Source: Candidatus Gottesmanbacteria bacterium
Lineage (GTDB): Bacteria; Patescibacteriota; Microgenomatia; UBA10105; UBA927
Assembly (NCBI GenBank): GCA_023245355.1
Contig: JAHFKN010000001.1
Coordinates: 75,528 to 139,527, forward strand
Direction of reading: 5' to 3'
Length of the DNA stretch: 64,000 bases
Under the pieces are notes generated by a model. It did no database searches. It saw only the letters and a program-made list of their open reading frames with translations, and had not been told where the DNA came from. Of this stretch, positions 46,436 through 57,820 are shown piece by piece; the stretch's first letter is position 1, and each line of letters begins with the position of its first letter. Position numbers and translations under genes: made by a program.

Positions 46436-46651
46436 CTAGCGAAACGCCACATTCAATAATGATGTGATCAGGAAAATTACGGCCAGTACGATGGTTGAGG
46501 TAAATACGATTTTTTCCGCTCCCCGTTTGGTCCGGTACATTTCCCCGCCGCCGAACGCGCTGCCCAACCCTCCCTTGCTGGTTTGCAGCAGGATAAGTGC
46601 GATCAATCCGAACGATACGATCACCTGAAGAATCGTTAATATAGTGCTCAT
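46436..46651 (-). CDS. secG: Preprotein translocase SecG
   Basis: ILLQ..KGGLGSAFGG...RG.EK. Confidence 0.9.
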   Translation of the reverse strand: MSTILTILQVIVSFGLIALILLQTSKGGLGSAFGGGEMYRTKRGAEKIVFTSTIVLAVIFLITSLLNVAFR

Positions 46652-47658
46652 GATATGCTCCTTTCCATAATATCAAAAAGTGCCGATGCAAGTTTTTCGC
46701 TGTTGTGGCGGATAAGACTCCTGATAAGCGCATCCGACGATGATTTGGCATACAACGTGCTACTGATGAGCGGCGCTTTCACGACGCGGTAATAGGATGA
46801 TTCAGGAAGGTCGTTTTTCACCGGAATCTCATGATATTTTGCGTAAATAGCCAACGCCTTCGGAGCGAGGGGTTTCGTGTTGATAAGCACGGTATCTACC
46901 GTTTTACCCAAAATACGTTCCAGCGTCCGTATATGATCCTGGGCCGTAAAATTATATGTCTGACCGTATTTGGTCATAAGGTTCATCACATATACGATTT
47001 TCGCTTTGGTTTTTTTGAGTGCTTCGGGAACGCCGGAAACAAGCAGGTTCGGCAGTATGCTGGTATACAGATCTCCGGGTCCGATGACGACCATATCTGC
47101 GGATCCGATTGCGGCAAGCGCTTCGGGATTCGGCGTGGCCGCAGGTTTTAAATATACGTTTACGATTTTGATGCGCCCGTCATGCTCCGGTTCGTCGATA
47201 AGATGTTCCTCGCCGACAGTGTGTCCGTCTTCATAGGTAGCTAAAAGATTCGTTTCCGTGAACGTGACCGGTATAACGGCTCCTTTGATGCGAAGCACTT
47301 TCCCGGTTTGGCGTATTGCTTCCTCCTGGCTTCCTACTATGTCTGTTAATGCTGCCATGAATAGATTTCCGAACGTCATGCCCGCAATTCCCTGACCTTT
47401 TTCAAATCGGTACATAAACAGTTTCCGAAGCAGACCAATCCCACCGTTTTCATCAGAAAGGGCGACCAGACATTGCCGGAGGTCAGATGTCGGAAGCAGT
47501 CCGAATTCGTCACGGATCCTGCGGTTGCTTCCTCCGGAATCGCTCATGCTCACAATCGCCGAAAGAGAAAGCGGATATTGTTTGAGTCCCCGCAGCGCGA
47601 CAAACGTTCCTGTTCCGCCGCCGATACATACCACATGTTTTTGAGGTGTCCGTTTCAT
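46648..47658 (-). CDS. yvcK: YvcK/UPF0052 family protein
   Basis: IGGGTG, DSGGS, GPGDLYTSILPNL, NLMT. Confidence 0.88.
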   Translation of the reverse strand: MKRTPQKHVVCIGGGTGTFVALRGLKQYPLSLSAIVSMSDSGGSNRRIRDEFGLLPTSDLRQCLVALSDENGGIGLLRKLFMYRFEKGQGIAGMTFGNLFMAALTDIVGSQEEAIRQTGKVLRIKGAVIPVTFTETNLLATYEDGHTVGEEHLIDEPEHDGRIKIVNVYLKPAATPNPEALAAIGSADMVVIGPGDLYTSILPNLLVSGVPEALKKTKAKIVYVMNLMTKYGQTYNFTAQDHIRTLERILGKTVDTVLINTKPLAPKALAIYAKYHEIPVKNDLPESSYYRVVKAPLISSTLYAKSSSDALIRSLIRHNSEKLASALFDIMERSIS

Positions 47659-47669
47659 ATTCGTTTTAT

Positions 47670-48074
47670 CTAATGCTCTGAAATATCATGTAAGAGATTG
47701 ACCAGCATCGAGAGGCTCAATGATACCAAAATAAAGGAAATAAAAGAAGAAAAGGCAATTTGGGGTATGACAAAGCCGGCGATTTCAAGCCCAGGAAATG
47801 TCCATGCCGAGACACTTACCCCCGAAACAAATACCGTCAGAAGGTACAGGACAATAACGTTTATAAACCAGGAAAGCAAACCGAATGTGAGCAAATTAAT
47901 CGGAATAAACAGAATCCGGAGCAGAGGAGCGACAAGCAGCATAAGCAAACTTAACACGAGTCCTGCCAGAAGCAGCACCGGCCATCCCCCGCTGATACTG
48001 AGTGCCGGCAGTATTTGCGACACAAACCATAACGAAAAGCTATGAAACAGAAATACTCTGAGTAAATACTTCAT
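47670..48074 (-). CDS. YvlD-like 4-TM (holin family 4) membrane protein
   Basis: P.L..L..PINLLTFGL..W.IN. Confidence 0.8.
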   Translation of the reverse strand: MKYLLRVFLFHSFSLWFVSQILPALSISGGWPVLLLAGLVLSLLMLLVAPLLRILFIPINLLTFGLLSWFINVIVLYLLTVFVSGVSVSAWTFPGLEIAGFVIPQIAFSSFISFILVSLSLSMLVNLLHDISEH

Positions 48075-48134
48075 GTGATATTTTATGGTACCAAGTTTGG
48101 ACTACGCCGGTCAAACAGCCCTTTATTTGTCCCG

Positions 48135-49457
48135 CTATGTCAGAAACGCCTCTGACCGGAGTTTCCGGTGGTACGTTATGGCAAACCGGTGCGCTTCGTC
48201 ACGCACCCGCATGACGACTTTGATCGCCCTCCCCGACAGGGGGAGCCGCACGACTTCAAACCCGCGACTTTTAGGTATGACAAGTTCTTCTTCCCGTTTC
48301 GCCAATCCTGCAAGCGGCACGTGCCAGCCTAGGTGTTCCAGCACCTCGCGGGCGGCAGAAACCTGCGTTTTCCCGCCGTCTACCAGAAGAAATTGGGGTG
48401 TGGGCCACTCCGAATGCTTTATCCGTCGGCTTAAGACTTCCCGCATCATCGCAACGTCAGAGATGCCTTTCACTGTCCTGATCCTGAATTTACGGTATTG
48501 GCTTTTTTCCGGGCGTCCGTCACTGAGCACGACCATGGACCCGACTGCCTGGTTGCCGCTTAAATTTGATATATCAAAACATTCGATGCGGGAAAGCTGG
48601 GTAATGGACGGATAGTGTAAACGCAGTGCTACGGTGAGCTCCTCCAGTTCCTCTTCATAAATATCCGTGGCTCCCTGATTGATGAAAACCTGCGGGTCAT
48701 ACCGGTACGCGGACAGGCTATTGAGGAGTGACAGCTGCTGCTTAACCTTTCCTGCGAGTTCAAATTGTTCGTTTTGTGCAAACATGCGCATTTCTTTCTC
48801 GTATTCTTTCGAAAGCCAGCGCGTTTTCCCGTCAAAAAGCGCGCGAAGCCGCCGGATGTTCGTGCGGTACCGGTGTACGGCGTGCTGTTTTTCCCCGCCG
48901 GTCATACGGACAATGAGGGCAGGACACGGATCGCATAATCCTAAATGCGTATAAAAGCACGCACGGCCGTGTCTTTCTTTCTGCGTGCAGTACGGCACGA
49001 TACTCCGTAGCTGCCGAAGCAGAGCGCGCAGTGCAAAACCTGACTGAAACGGACCATATACCGCGTTACCTTTGATGCGCTCGTACGCAGAAATTTCCCC
49101 TTTGCGTACAAATATAATTCTGGGTAATTCCTCGGAAAGAGTGATGACGACATACAGCGGGCTTTTATCATCCCGTGAGATGACGTTGTATTTGGGCATA
49201 TACTGCCGGATAAGTTTGGCCTCGAGAAGCAGGGCATCAAATTCGCTTGTCGTCGGGATAAGCGCGATATCATGGATTTCGCGTACGAGTCTTACTGTTT
49301 TTTCTCCTACGGCATCATCACGCTGGAAGTACTGCTTCACACGTCGCGACAGATCCTTGGCTTTTCCTACATAGATGATTTCTCCGGCCGCGTTTTTATA
49401 CTGATATACGCCGGGCTCATGCGGCAGTGACGCTAACGTTTTTTGGAGGTTTTCCAT
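48135..49457 (-). CDS. uvrC: Excinuclease ABC subunit C (short, no C-terminal HhH)
   Basis: PGVY..IYVGKA, RIECFDISN, VDGG, RDEAHRFAI. Confidence 0.92.
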   Translation of the reverse strand: MENLQKTLASLPHEPGVYQYKNAAGEIIYVGKAKDLSRRVKQYFQRDDAVGEKTVRLVREIHDIALIPTTSEFDALLLEAKLIRQYMPKYNVISRDDKSPLYVVITLSEELPRIIFVRKGEISAYERIKGNAVYGPFQSGFALRALLRQLRSIVPYCTQKERHGRACFYTHLGLCDPCPALIVRMTGGEKQHAVHRYRTNIRRLRALFDGKTRWLSKEYEKEMRMFAQNEQFELAGKVKQQLSLLNSLSAYRYDPQVFINQGATDIYEEELEELTVALRLHYPSITQLSRIECFDISNLSGNQAVGSMVVLSDGRPEKSQYRKFRIRTVKGISDVAMMREVLSRRIKHSEWPTPQFLLVDGGKTQVSAAREVLEHLGWHVPLAGLAKREEELVIPKSRGFEVVRLPLSGRAIKVVMRVRDEAHRFAITYHRKLRSEAFLT

Positions 49458-51244
49458 ACGATCATTCTGATAAGTTTGTATGCGACTATCCCTGACAGGA
49501 CCACCAATACTACTCCTAATCCGATCATCCAGTACAGCGGTTGTATGACAAACGACTGGGTGAGTGACGTATCATTGACCCGCACGCGTATTTGGCCCGG
49601 CTGGCTGGTAACCGATTGGGGAAACACGGCGGATATGGGAATTCGTACAACGCCGTACGGAAGCAATTCTGCTATCGTATCGGTTATTTTCACTACGTCC
49701 GGTTCGCTTAATACGGTGACTGCGATATTGTAAGCCGATTCCCCGCCTGCGTTCCGTACGACAACGGCTCCTACTGTCTTTCTGCCTGCCCCGACCTGCT
49801 GGGGAAATTCGATACTGGTCATGATGTTGGCGCCCCGGACGTTTTTACCGGTGTCCGAAAACTCCACGCGTACGTCCCGTCCGGTTTTATCCGGACTTCT
49901 GTAGTAGCCTGCAGGGTACGGCATGGAACTGTCGATACCGTTTATGGCAAACACGATATGGTTAAAATCCAGTTTCGTAAAATAATCCACACCTCCGGTT
50001 GTGTTGGCCCAGGTCGGATCGACGGGTACCCACAGATTCGATTCCTTGTCATAATATTCAGGCCACGCATGTAATACGTCGGAAACCAGTGACAGCGGAC
50101 GAAGTTTCGGGTTGCTGGTGTAGGCGTACCCGACGACGCGTCTAGCCGGGATGCCGGCTGCCCTGGCAATGGCGACAAACAGGTCGGTAAATTCCATGCA
50201 GACAGCTTTTTTGGGATCCTTGAGGACGCCTGACGCTCCCATTCTGGGTGCCGAAACGGCGTTCACTTTCGCAAAATCGTATTGCAGCGTGTTGGCCACA
50301 TAGTCATAAATCATCCTGGGAGTGGTAAGCTGCCGTCCGAGTGCAGCGATCTGCGCATCATTCGTTTCCCAGAATTCGGCAGCCTTAAGGTACTCTTCTT
50401 CACGGACAACGGGCTGCTTGTAGTCCTTCCGCGGGGTGAGGTATATGGAAACGGCAACCTTTGCTGTCACCGTAAGTGTTTGGCGCGGATTTACCTGATA
50501 TTTGGCTAACCAGTTTCCCTCAGAATCGCTTGTTACCGTCATCGGAGCGGGAGACAGTTCGTTTAACGTCACGCTCTGATATGCCGTACCCGGCGGCAGG
50601 GCGATTTCCTGTGTTTCTGCTATCACGCCCGGATTATTGAGCGTATACGTAAGCGTAACGTCGAAGTTCTGGTTCATGCCGTACGCTCCCGCGATACCGC
50701 CCCGTATCATCTGCTCTTTTGTCCAGGATCTGCCTTTGGCAGGCAGCGGGGTAAGATAGGCGGCCGGACCGAATGTAGGAGGCACAGCCAAGCTGACGGT
50801 GTACTCTCCGATATCCGGGTCATTGATAACACCCGGAACATAAATTTCCCATATGCTGCCGGCTTTATTGGCGATAGCGCTGTGTTCATACCGCAGAGAA
50901 AATTTGAGTGATTTGGCTAGCCCTATCGACTTCACGTTAAACGAAAGTGCGATATGCGTTTTCCCGTCTTTTACGGAAATTGTCGGCGTGATAACGCCGC
51001 CGTCATCGTAGGCAATAACGTTGGTAATTTTGTCACTGTCCAGAAGCAGTGAATACTCCTGCGGATAAAAATTCGGAAGTTTATTCGTAAGCGTCACGTC
51101 CTGCGTAACAATCGTTTTGCCGGTAGGTGCGACCGCATACCGTACGTCATAATCAGCCTGAAATTCCCCGGCCGCGTGTACTTTGGAACCAAATGGCACG
51201 AATGCAAAGATTGAAAGCAGAGCAATAAGGAGTATGCGGACCAT
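49433..51244 (-). CDS. Secreted/membrane-anchored transglutaminase-like protein
   Basis: VCMEF, GIPAR, HAWPEY, DPTW; signal peptide and C-terminal TM. Confidence 0.85.
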   Translation of the reverse strand: MVRILLIALLSIFAFVPFGSKVHAAGEFQADYDVRYAVAPTGKTIVTQDVTLTNKLPNFYPQEYSLLLDSDKITNVIAYDDGGVITPTISVKDGKTHIALSFNVKSIGLAKSLKFSLRYEHSAIANKAGSIWEIYVPGVINDPDIGEYTVSLAVPPTFGPAAYLTPLPAKGRSWTKEQMIRGGIAGAYGMNQNFDVTLTYTLNNPGVIAETQEIALPPGTAYQSVTLNELSPAPMTVTSDSEGNWLAKYQVNPRQTLTVTAKVAVSIYLTPRKDYKQPVVREEEYLKAAEFWETNDAQIAALGRQLTTPRMIYDYVANTLQYDFAKVNAVSAPRMGASGVLKDPKKAVCMEFTDLFVAIARAAGIPARRVVGYAYTSNPKLRPLSLVSDVLHAWPEYYDKESNLWVPVDPTWANTTGGVDYFTKLDFNHIVFAINGIDSSMPYPAGYYRSPDKTGRDVRVEFSDTGKNVRGANIMTSIEFPQQVGAGRKTVGAVVVRNAGGESAYNIAVTVLSEPDVVKITDTIAELLPYGVVRIPISAVFPQSVTSQPGQIRVRVNDTSLTQSFVIQPLYWMIGLGVVLVVLSGIVAYKLIRMIVWKTSKKR

Positions 51245-51261
51245 GCTGCTGTATTATATCT

Positions 51262-54198
51262 CTATAGTACCTTTTTGAGGAACTGCCCAGTATAGGAATA
51301 TTGACTCTTTGCTATATCAGACGGTCTTCCTTCAGCGACGATTTCTCCTCCGCTGTCCCCTCCTTCAGGACCCAGGTCGATCACCCAATCAGCGTTTCGA
51401 ATGACATCCAGGTTATGCTCGATAACGACAACCGTGTTCCCCAGCGCAACCAACCGATGGAGTACTACCAGCAATTTTTCCAGATCCGCGAAATGAAGCC
51501 CGGTAGTCGGCTCGTCCAATATATAGAGTGTTTTACCGGTAGACCTGCGTGAAAGTTCGCTTGCCAGCTTCACCCGCTGCGCTTCTCCCCCGGAAAGAGT
51601 CGTCGCCGATTGCCCCAGATGCATGTACGAAAGACCTACGTCTGCTATGGTTTTCAGTTTATTGATGACATGCGGATGCGCATGAAAAAATTCTATGGCC
51701 TCGGTAATGCTCAGATTCAAAACGTCGGAAATCGATTTCCCACGATAGGTTACTTCCAGCGTTTCCGCGTTGTACCGTTTGCCGTTACACACTTCGCACG
51801 TTACATACACATCCGCCATAAACTGCATCTCTATTTTCCGCTGCCCTTCCCCCTCGCATGCTTCGCAGCGGCCGCCTTTGACGTTGAAAGAGAACCGTCC
51901 GCTTTTGTATCCGCGTAACTTAGACTCCGAAAGGCCCGCGTACATTTCCCGGATAAAGCTGAAAAGCCCGGTGTATGTCGCAGGATTACTCCGCGGAGTG
52001 CGTCCGATCGGCGATTGGTCAATCAGAATGACTTTGTCGATATCCTCTACCCCTTTGAGCCCTGCAAACGTACCTGCCCGGTCTTTTACAAACGGGTTAA
52101 AATGCTGTTGCAACGCAGGATAGAGCGTCTCGACAACCAGGGAGGATTTGCCGCTGCCGGATACCCCTGTGATACAGACGAATTTCCCCAGCGGCAGCCG
52201 GACGGTAATTCCCTTCAAGTTATGGTGTGATACGTCGGTCAGTGTTAAATACCGTTGCGTATCGGTAACAATCGGTGATTTGGGTGTATGGATTGTCTTA
52301 CGCCCGGTAAGATACGCCCCGGTTACGGATTTAGAAGAGTCTATAATCTCCTTCAGCGTTCCCCGTGCGACGACACTGCCGCCGAACTTGCCTGCTCCGG
52401 GACCGAAATCCACGATATAATCTCCCGCCTCGATCATTTCCCTGTCGTGTTCTACCACGATGACCGAATTACCTAAATTCCTGAGAGCCAAAAGCGTACT
52501 GATCAAACGGTGGTTGTCCCGGGGATGCAGTCCTATGGAAGGCTCGTCCAACACGTATAAAACGCCGGTAAGTCCGGATCCGATCTGCGAAGCAAGACGG
52601 ATACGCTGTGCTTCTCCTCCGGCAAGAGTCGTTGCCCCGCGCCCGAGCGAGAGGTATTCCAAACCGACGCTTAACAGAAATCCGAGCCGTGCCTCTACTT
52701 CTTTGAGAATCGGCGTCACGATTTTTAGTTCGGTCGCGGAAAGCACTCCGGAATTATTTTTTGATAATGTCACGATCCATTCATGCGCCTGCGTGATACT
52801 GAGTGCCGTTACATCGGAAATGGAGCGTTTATCGATGGTGATAGTGAGGCTTTCCTTCTTGAGGCGTTTCCCGTCACAGGATTTACAGATTTCGTTACGC
52901 ATGTATTTTTCTATTTCCGTACGCAAAAATTCCGAATCCGTCTCACGGTACCGGTGCATAAGCTCAGGAATGAATCCTAAGAACTTTTCCTCGATTGCCG
53001 TCTGCTCACCGAATCTGTTTTTTCCCGATACGTGGTGGATTTCCTCGCCGGTTCCGTACAGGAGTATATCGCGCTGCTTTTTCGTAAGCGTTTTCAGTGC
53101 GGCGCGCGGATTTATCCCGTATTTTCCGGCAACCGCCATTACCACGCGTGCATACCAGGTATCATGCAGGAATGTTTTGGCAAACGGCAGAATACCGCCT
53201 TCTGTTATGGACAGTTCCGGACTTATCACCAATTCAGGGTCGACCGTCAGAATAGAGCCGATTCCTGCACAGGACGGGCAGGCTCCGTGCGGGGAGTTGA
53301 ATGAAAAAGACCGCGGCTCTATTTCGGGCAGGGAAATATTGCATATAGGACAGCTGAATTTTTCGGAAAAGATATGATCGTGTGTTTCCTTCGGCTGGTC
53401 CGGCATCGAGAATACTTTATCCTGTATTTCTCCGATAATGACCAGGCCGTCTGCCAGATTGAGAGACTGCTCGACCGCGTCGTTTAACCGGCTGCGTATG
53501 GTAGAAATGACATCCGGCTTCAAGCTCGGAGCATCAATGCTCATCCTGTCTATGATCACGTCGACGGTGTGCTTATTGGTTTTTATAAGGGATATATCCT
53601 CATCCAGATCAATGTACTTCCTGTCTACTCTGGCCTGACGGTATCCTTTGGCTTTGAGATTATCAAACAACCCGCTGAACTCGCCTTTGTGGTCACGCAC
53701 GACGGGAGACAGGATGATCAGACGGTACATTTTGGTACTCCGGGAAGATAATGCCTGCTTTGCCATATCTATGATAGCCGTCACGATCTGATCGGAAGAA
53801 AGCTTGGATATCTCGCGTCCGCAATTCGGACAATGCGGGTGTCCGGCACGCGCAAACAGCAGGCGCAGGTAATCATATATTTCCGTGACAGTTCCTACCG
53901 TGGAACGCGGATTATGCGATGTGGATTTCTGATCGATGGATATGGCAGGAGAAAGCCCCTCGATCATATCGACATCCGGCTTGTCCATAACACCGAGGAA
54001 TTGCCTGGCATAGGACGAAAGCGACTCGACATAGCGACGCTGTCCCTCTGCGTAAATCGTATCGAACGCCAGGCTGGATTTTCCGCTCCCGGACAGACCG
54101 GTAAAGATAACCAGCTTATTTTTCGGAATCTCAAGCGAGACGTTTTTGAGATTATGCTGACGCGCTCCTTTGATGATGATATTATCTGCACTACTCAT
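51262..54198 (-). CDS. uvrA: Excinuclease ABC subunit A
   Basis: GARQHNLK, two GxSGSGKS motifs, zinc fingers; start reset to MSSAD. Confidence 0.97.
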   Translation of the reverse strand: MSSADNIIIKGARQHNLKNVSLEIPKNKLVIFTGLSGSGKSSLAFDTIYAEGQRRYVESLSSYARQFLGVMDKPDVDMIEGLSPAISIDQKSTSHNPRSTVGTVTEIYDYLRLLFARAGHPHCPNCGREISKLSSDQIVTAIIDMAKQALSSRSTKMYRLIILSPVVRDHKGEFSGLFDNLKAKGYRQARVDRKYIDLDEDISLIKTNKHTVDVIIDRMSIDAPSLKPDVISTIRSRLNDAVEQSLNLADGLVIIGEIQDKVFSMPDQPKETHDHIFSEKFSCPICNISLPEIEPRSFSFNSPHGACPSCAGIGSILTVDPELVISPELSITEGGILPFAKTFLHDTWYARVVMAVAGKYGINPRAALKTLTKKQRDILLYGTGEEIHHVSGKNRFGEQTAIEEKFLGFIPELMHRYRETDSEFLRTEIEKYMRNEICKSCDGKRLKKESLTITIDKRSISDVTALSITQAHEWIVTLSKNNSGVLSATELKIVTPILKEVEARLGFLLSVGLEYLSLGRGATTLAGGEAQRIRLASQIGSGLTGVLYVLDEPSIGLHPRDNHRLISTLLALRNLGNSVIVVEHDREMIEAGDYIVDFGPGAGKFGGSVVARGTLKEIIDSSKSVTGAYLTGRKTIHTPKSPIVTDTQRYLTLTDVSHHNLKGITVRLPLGKFVCITGVSGSGKSSLVVETLYPALQQHFNPFVKDRAGTFAGLKGVEDIDKVILIDQSPIGRTPRSNPATYTGLFSFIREMYAGLSESKLRGYKSGRFSFNVKGGRCEACEGEGQRKIEMQFMADVYVTCEVCNGKRYNAETLEVTYRGKSISDVLNLSITEAIEFFHAHPHVINKLKTIADVGLSYMHLGQSATTLSGGEAQRVKLASELSRRSTGKTLYILDEPTTGLHFADLEKLLVVLHRLVALGNTVVVIEHNLDVIRNADWVIDLGPEGGDSGGEIVAEGRPSDIAKSQYSYTGQFLKKVL

Positions 54199-54283
54199 AT
54201 GTATGTCCTGCAGAGCAGGATCAGGCTTAGCCTGACAAAAAGAACCACCGATGTACCGTGGCACCGGCAATTATAGCACGGAT

Positions 54284-56293
54284 TTACTTACTACCCTCCA
54301 GGGAAGCAATACGGTCGCGGATGCGAGCCGCGGTTTCAAAATCCAGATCGCGGCTTGCTTTATGCATGAGTTTGGTGAGTGTTGCCACAGCCAATTTCAT
54401 GTCCCGAGGTGTCATGGCTTCAGCTTTTTTGTCAGTGAGATTATCGAGCGTTACTTCTACTTCTTCGACTTCCTTTTTGACCAGGCGCTCACGGATGGGT
54501 TTCGAGATGGATATGGGCGTTATATGATGCTCGGTATTATATGCAAGTTGCACTTTCCGCCGGCGTGTGACTTCTCCGATTGCGGCCTCCATGGATTTGG
54601 TCATCGAGTCTGCGTACAAAATCACGCGGCCATTCAAGTGCCGGGCGGCGCGGCCCATTGTCTGAACTAAACTCGTGCGGCTGCGTAAAAATCCCTCCTT
54701 GTCTGCGTCCAGAATGGCAACCAGGGATACTTCAGGCAAGTCCAGACCTTCCCGGAGTAAATTGATGCCGACAACGACATCATATGAGCCTCCGCGCAGG
54801 TCAGCGAGGATGTCGCTCCGCTCCAGGGTCTGTACATCAGCATGCAGATAATGCACCTTGATGCCGTGTTCTTCCAGATATTTTGCTAAATCCTCTGCCA
54901 TCCGTTTTGTAAGTGTGGTTACCAGTACCCGCTCGTGACGCGCAACACGGAGAGTTATTTCCGCCATCAGATCGGCTATCTGTCCGTTACTCGGCCGGAT
55001 TTCTATTTCGGGATCCACTAAGCCCGTCGGGCGGATAAGCTGCTCTACGATAGCATCCGGGCCGCTTTGTTCCTTTACTCTGGAAGTCTCCCACTCATCG
55101 GGCGTAGCTGAAACATACAGCGTCTGGGGAATACGGCGCAGGAATTCCTCGAAGCGAAGCGGCCTGTTATCTATAGCAGCAGGAAGCCTGAAGCCGTAAT
55201 CTATAAGCGTCTGTTTGCGGCTTCGGTCACCCTGATACATTCCCCGTATCTGCGGGAGCGTCATGTGGGACTCATCAACCATCAGCAGCCAGTTTTTCCC
55301 TGATGCTTCATCGAAATAGTCCAGCAGGGAAAACGGCGGATCACCCGGGTTTCTTCCGTCGAAATACCTGCTGTAATTTTCAATGCCGTTTACAAATCCC
55401 ACCTCCTGGATCATCTCCAGATCATAGGTCACCCGTTCCTGTATGCGCTGCGCTTCTATGAATTTTTTGCTGCGTTTAAACTGAGCAACCTGTGCGTCCA
55501 GATCCGTATGGATTTGCGTAAATACCTTTTGGTAGCTTTTCGGATCCGTCATGTAGTGTTTGGCAGGATATACGACCAACGCACGCAGGTCTTCGAGTTT
55601 TTTGCCGGTAAGTGCGTCACGGCGGTCCAGCGACACGACGCCGTGCTCTCCCATAGTGATCCTAAGCACCGTATCCTCGTATGCCGGGTACAAATCTATC
55701 GTTTCACCCCGTACGCGGAATGCACCCCTATGAAATCCGTAATCGTTCCGCTCATACTGCAGATTCACAAGCCGTTCCATAATGCTTTCACGGCTTACGG
55801 CAACCCCGGGCTGCAACTCAAGCACGAAGTGCCCGTACTCTTTCGGGGATCCGATGTTATATATGCAGGACACCGAAGCGACGACGATGGTATCGTTTCT
55901 GGTGAGTAAATTCGTGGTGGCCGCTAAACGAAGCTTGTCTATTTCATCGTTTATCTGTGTCTCCTTTTCTATATAGGTATTCGTTTGCGGTATGTACGCT
56001 TCCGGCTGGTAATAATCGTAGTACGACACAAAATACGAAACGGCATTTTCCGGAAAGAAGTCGCGGAATTCCTGGTACAGCTGAGCTGCCAGCGTCTTGT
56101 TGTGAGAGATAATCAAAGTCGGACGCTGTAAGCGTTCGATAATTTTAGCCATGGTATAGGTTTTCCCGCTTCCGGTAACTCCCAAAAGCACCTGCTCAGG
56201 CATACGGCTATCAAAGCCTTTAACAAGTGAGGCGATTGCCCGTGGTTGATCTCCGGTCGGCTGAAACGGTGATGACAGTTTAAATGTGTTCAT
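54284..56293 (-). CDS. uvrB: Excinuclease ABC subunit B
   Basis: GVTGSGKT, YYDYYQPEAY, INLLREGLDLPEV. Confidence 0.97.
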   Translation of the reverse strand: MNTFKLSSPFQPTGDQPRAIASLVKGFDSRMPEQVLLGVTGSGKTYTMAKIIERLQRPTLIISHNKTLAAQLYQEFRDFFPENAVSYFVSYYDYYQPEAYIPQTNTYIEKETQINDEIDKLRLAATTNLLTRNDTIVVASVSCIYNIGSPKEYGHFVLELQPGVAVSRESIMERLVNLQYERNDYGFHRGAFRVRGETIDLYPAYEDTVLRITMGEHGVVSLDRRDALTGKKLEDLRALVVYPAKHYMTDPKSYQKVFTQIHTDLDAQVAQFKRSKKFIEAQRIQERVTYDLEMIQEVGFVNGIENYSRYFDGRNPGDPPFSLLDYFDEASGKNWLLMVDESHMTLPQIRGMYQGDRSRKQTLIDYGFRLPAAIDNRPLRFEEFLRRIPQTLYVSATPDEWETSRVKEQSGPDAIVEQLIRPTGLVDPEIEIRPSNGQIADLMAEITLRVARHERVLVTTLTKRMAEDLAKYLEEHGIKVHYLHADVQTLERSDILADLRGGSYDVVVGINLLREGLDLPEVSLVAILDADKEGFLRSRTSLVQTMGRAARHLNGRVILYADSMTKSMEAAIGEVTRRRKVQLAYNTEHHITPISISKPIRERLVKKEVEEVEVTLDNLTDKKAEAMTPRDMKLAVATLTKLMHKASRDLDFETAARIRDRIASLEGSK

Positions 56294-56295
56294 GA

Positions 56296-56396
56296 TTCGG
56301 CTAAATTTCGTAACTGATATAGAACTATCCTATTTGTACGTATTGACAGTTCGGTTATTTTTTGGAATACTACAAATTATCCTATCACAGTTTCGG
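56296..56396. promoter_or_regulatory. Divergent uvrB/lexA promoter with TTCGG repeats (candidate LexA operators)
   Basis: TTCGG-N6-TTCGT 56296-311; TTCGG-N6-TTTGG 56350-65 between TTGACA and AATACT; TTCGG 56392-96. Confidence 0.55.
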
Positions 56397-56419
56397 TTAC
56401 TGTAAATAGAGAAAAATAT

Positions 56420-57043
56420 ATGCCGGCAATACTATATCCACGGGAACGCCAACTTCTTGATTTTATCACGCAATTCATCGGGCGTTTCGGGTACGCACCG
56501 ACGCTAAAGGAAATCGGGGAAGCGTTAAACATCCATTCTCCTGCTACTGTCCATGAGCACGTAGACCGCCTGCGGCAAAAGGGCTTTATCCGCAAACTGG
56601 ACGGAACGGCACGGGGACTTGAGGTGGTTGCGGATAATTACCGTCCCGCCGGCACAAACGCGACACTGGAACTGCCTGTATTGGGATTTATCGCGGCAGG
56701 AGCTCCTCTGGAGCCATACACCGACCCGAATTTTTACATTTCCGTGGCCCCCAGTATGATTGCCTCCAGCCAGCCGCACTATGTATTACAGGTGAAAGGC
56801 CAATCCATGATCGATGACGGTATTTTTGACGGAGATTTTGTCGTTATCCAGCATCAGCAGGATGCCAAAAACGGAGATATCGTGGTCGCTCTCCTTCCGA
56901 ACGGACTGGCGACGCTCAAAAGGATTTATTTCGAGAAAGATAAGATCAAGCTCATGCCCAGTAATTCAACCATGTCCCCGATTTTTACGACGCATGTGAA
57001 AATCCAGGGGCGGTGTGTGGGCCTCATCCGCAAGTTTGTCTGA
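56420..57043 (+). CDS. lexA: LexA repressor
   Basis: wHTH, IAAG.P cleavage site, GQSM serine, ATLKR lysine. Confidence 0.95.
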   Translation: MPAILYPRERQLLDFITQFIGRFGYAPTLKEIGEALNIHSPATVHEHVDRLRQKGFIRKLDGTARGLEVVADNYRPAGTNATLELPVLGFIAAGAPLEPYTDPNFYISVAPSMIASSQPHYVLQVKGQSMIDDGIFDGDFVVIQHQQDAKNGDIVVALLPNGLATLKRIYFEKDKIKLMPSNSTMSPIFTTHVKIQGRCVGLIRKFV

Positions 57044-57069
57044 CATCCCCAGACGGTCTTCTCTTCGGG

Positions 57070-57756
57070 TTATTTATTGATGATTTTTCCGAGATTTTTG
57101 GTAGCGACACCCGGTACGTCAGGATTCCGTTTGTGCTGAATATACTCATATATGACGGGAACAAGCGATAACCCGATAATGGCAAACACCGCATAGTGGA
57201 AATTCTCTTTGACAAATTCCATATTTCCGAAAAAATATCCGAGCAGCGTAAACGCCGTTACCCATGTAACTCCTCCCACGACGTTATATAAAAGAAAGGT
57301 GGAGTAATGCATGGACCCGACTCCGGCCACAAACGGCGCGAACGTGCGCACGATAGGAACAAACCGGGCAAGAATAATCGTTTTTGATCCGTGTTTTTTA
57401 TAAAACTGCTCCGTTTTGTCGATGTGTTCCTGATTTATGAACGTAATTTTGGGGTTATCGACAAGTTTTCTGCCGAAAAAATGCCCGATCCAGTAATTTA
57501 CTGTATCTCCTAAAACTGCCGCGACTATAAGAAGAAGTATAACGCCCCCAATGTGCAGTGAGCCCAACGCCGCAATAGCTCCTGCTGCAAACAGAAGCGA
57601 GTCACCCGGCAGGAACGGAGTAACGACAAACCCGGTTTCAGCAAATATGATCAGAAACAGCACCGCATATGTGAATACGCCGTATTGCCCCACAAAATCC
57701 GCAAGCTTCGTATCCAGGTGCAGTAAAATATCTAAGAATGATTGTAGAAATTCCAT
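57070..57756 (-). CDS. dedA: DedA family membrane protein
   Basis: FAETG...FLPGDSLLF, ARFVPIVRTFAPF; start reset to MEFL. Confidence 0.92.
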   Translation of the reverse strand: MEFLQSFLDILLHLDTKLADFVGQYGVFTYAVLFLIIFAETGFVVTPFLPGDSLLFAAGAIAALGSLHIGGVILLLIVAAVLGDTVNYWIGHFFGRKLVDNPKITFINQEHIDKTEQFYKKHGSKTIILARFVPIVRTFAPFVAGVGSMHYSTFLLYNVVGGVTWVTAFTLLGYFFGNMEFVKENFHYAVFAIIGLSLVPVIYEYIQHKRNPDVPGVATKNLGKIINK

Positions 57757-57820
57757 AGATTTAGATAATACCACGGGTGGCCCCAAGTCTAAAAGACCTC
57801 CGTGTTATAATCGCACCACT

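Noticed and set aside
47670-48074. Holin-family gene as evidence of a prophage
   Set aside because: YvlD-like gene in ordinary uvrC-yvcK context; no phage structural genes nearby.
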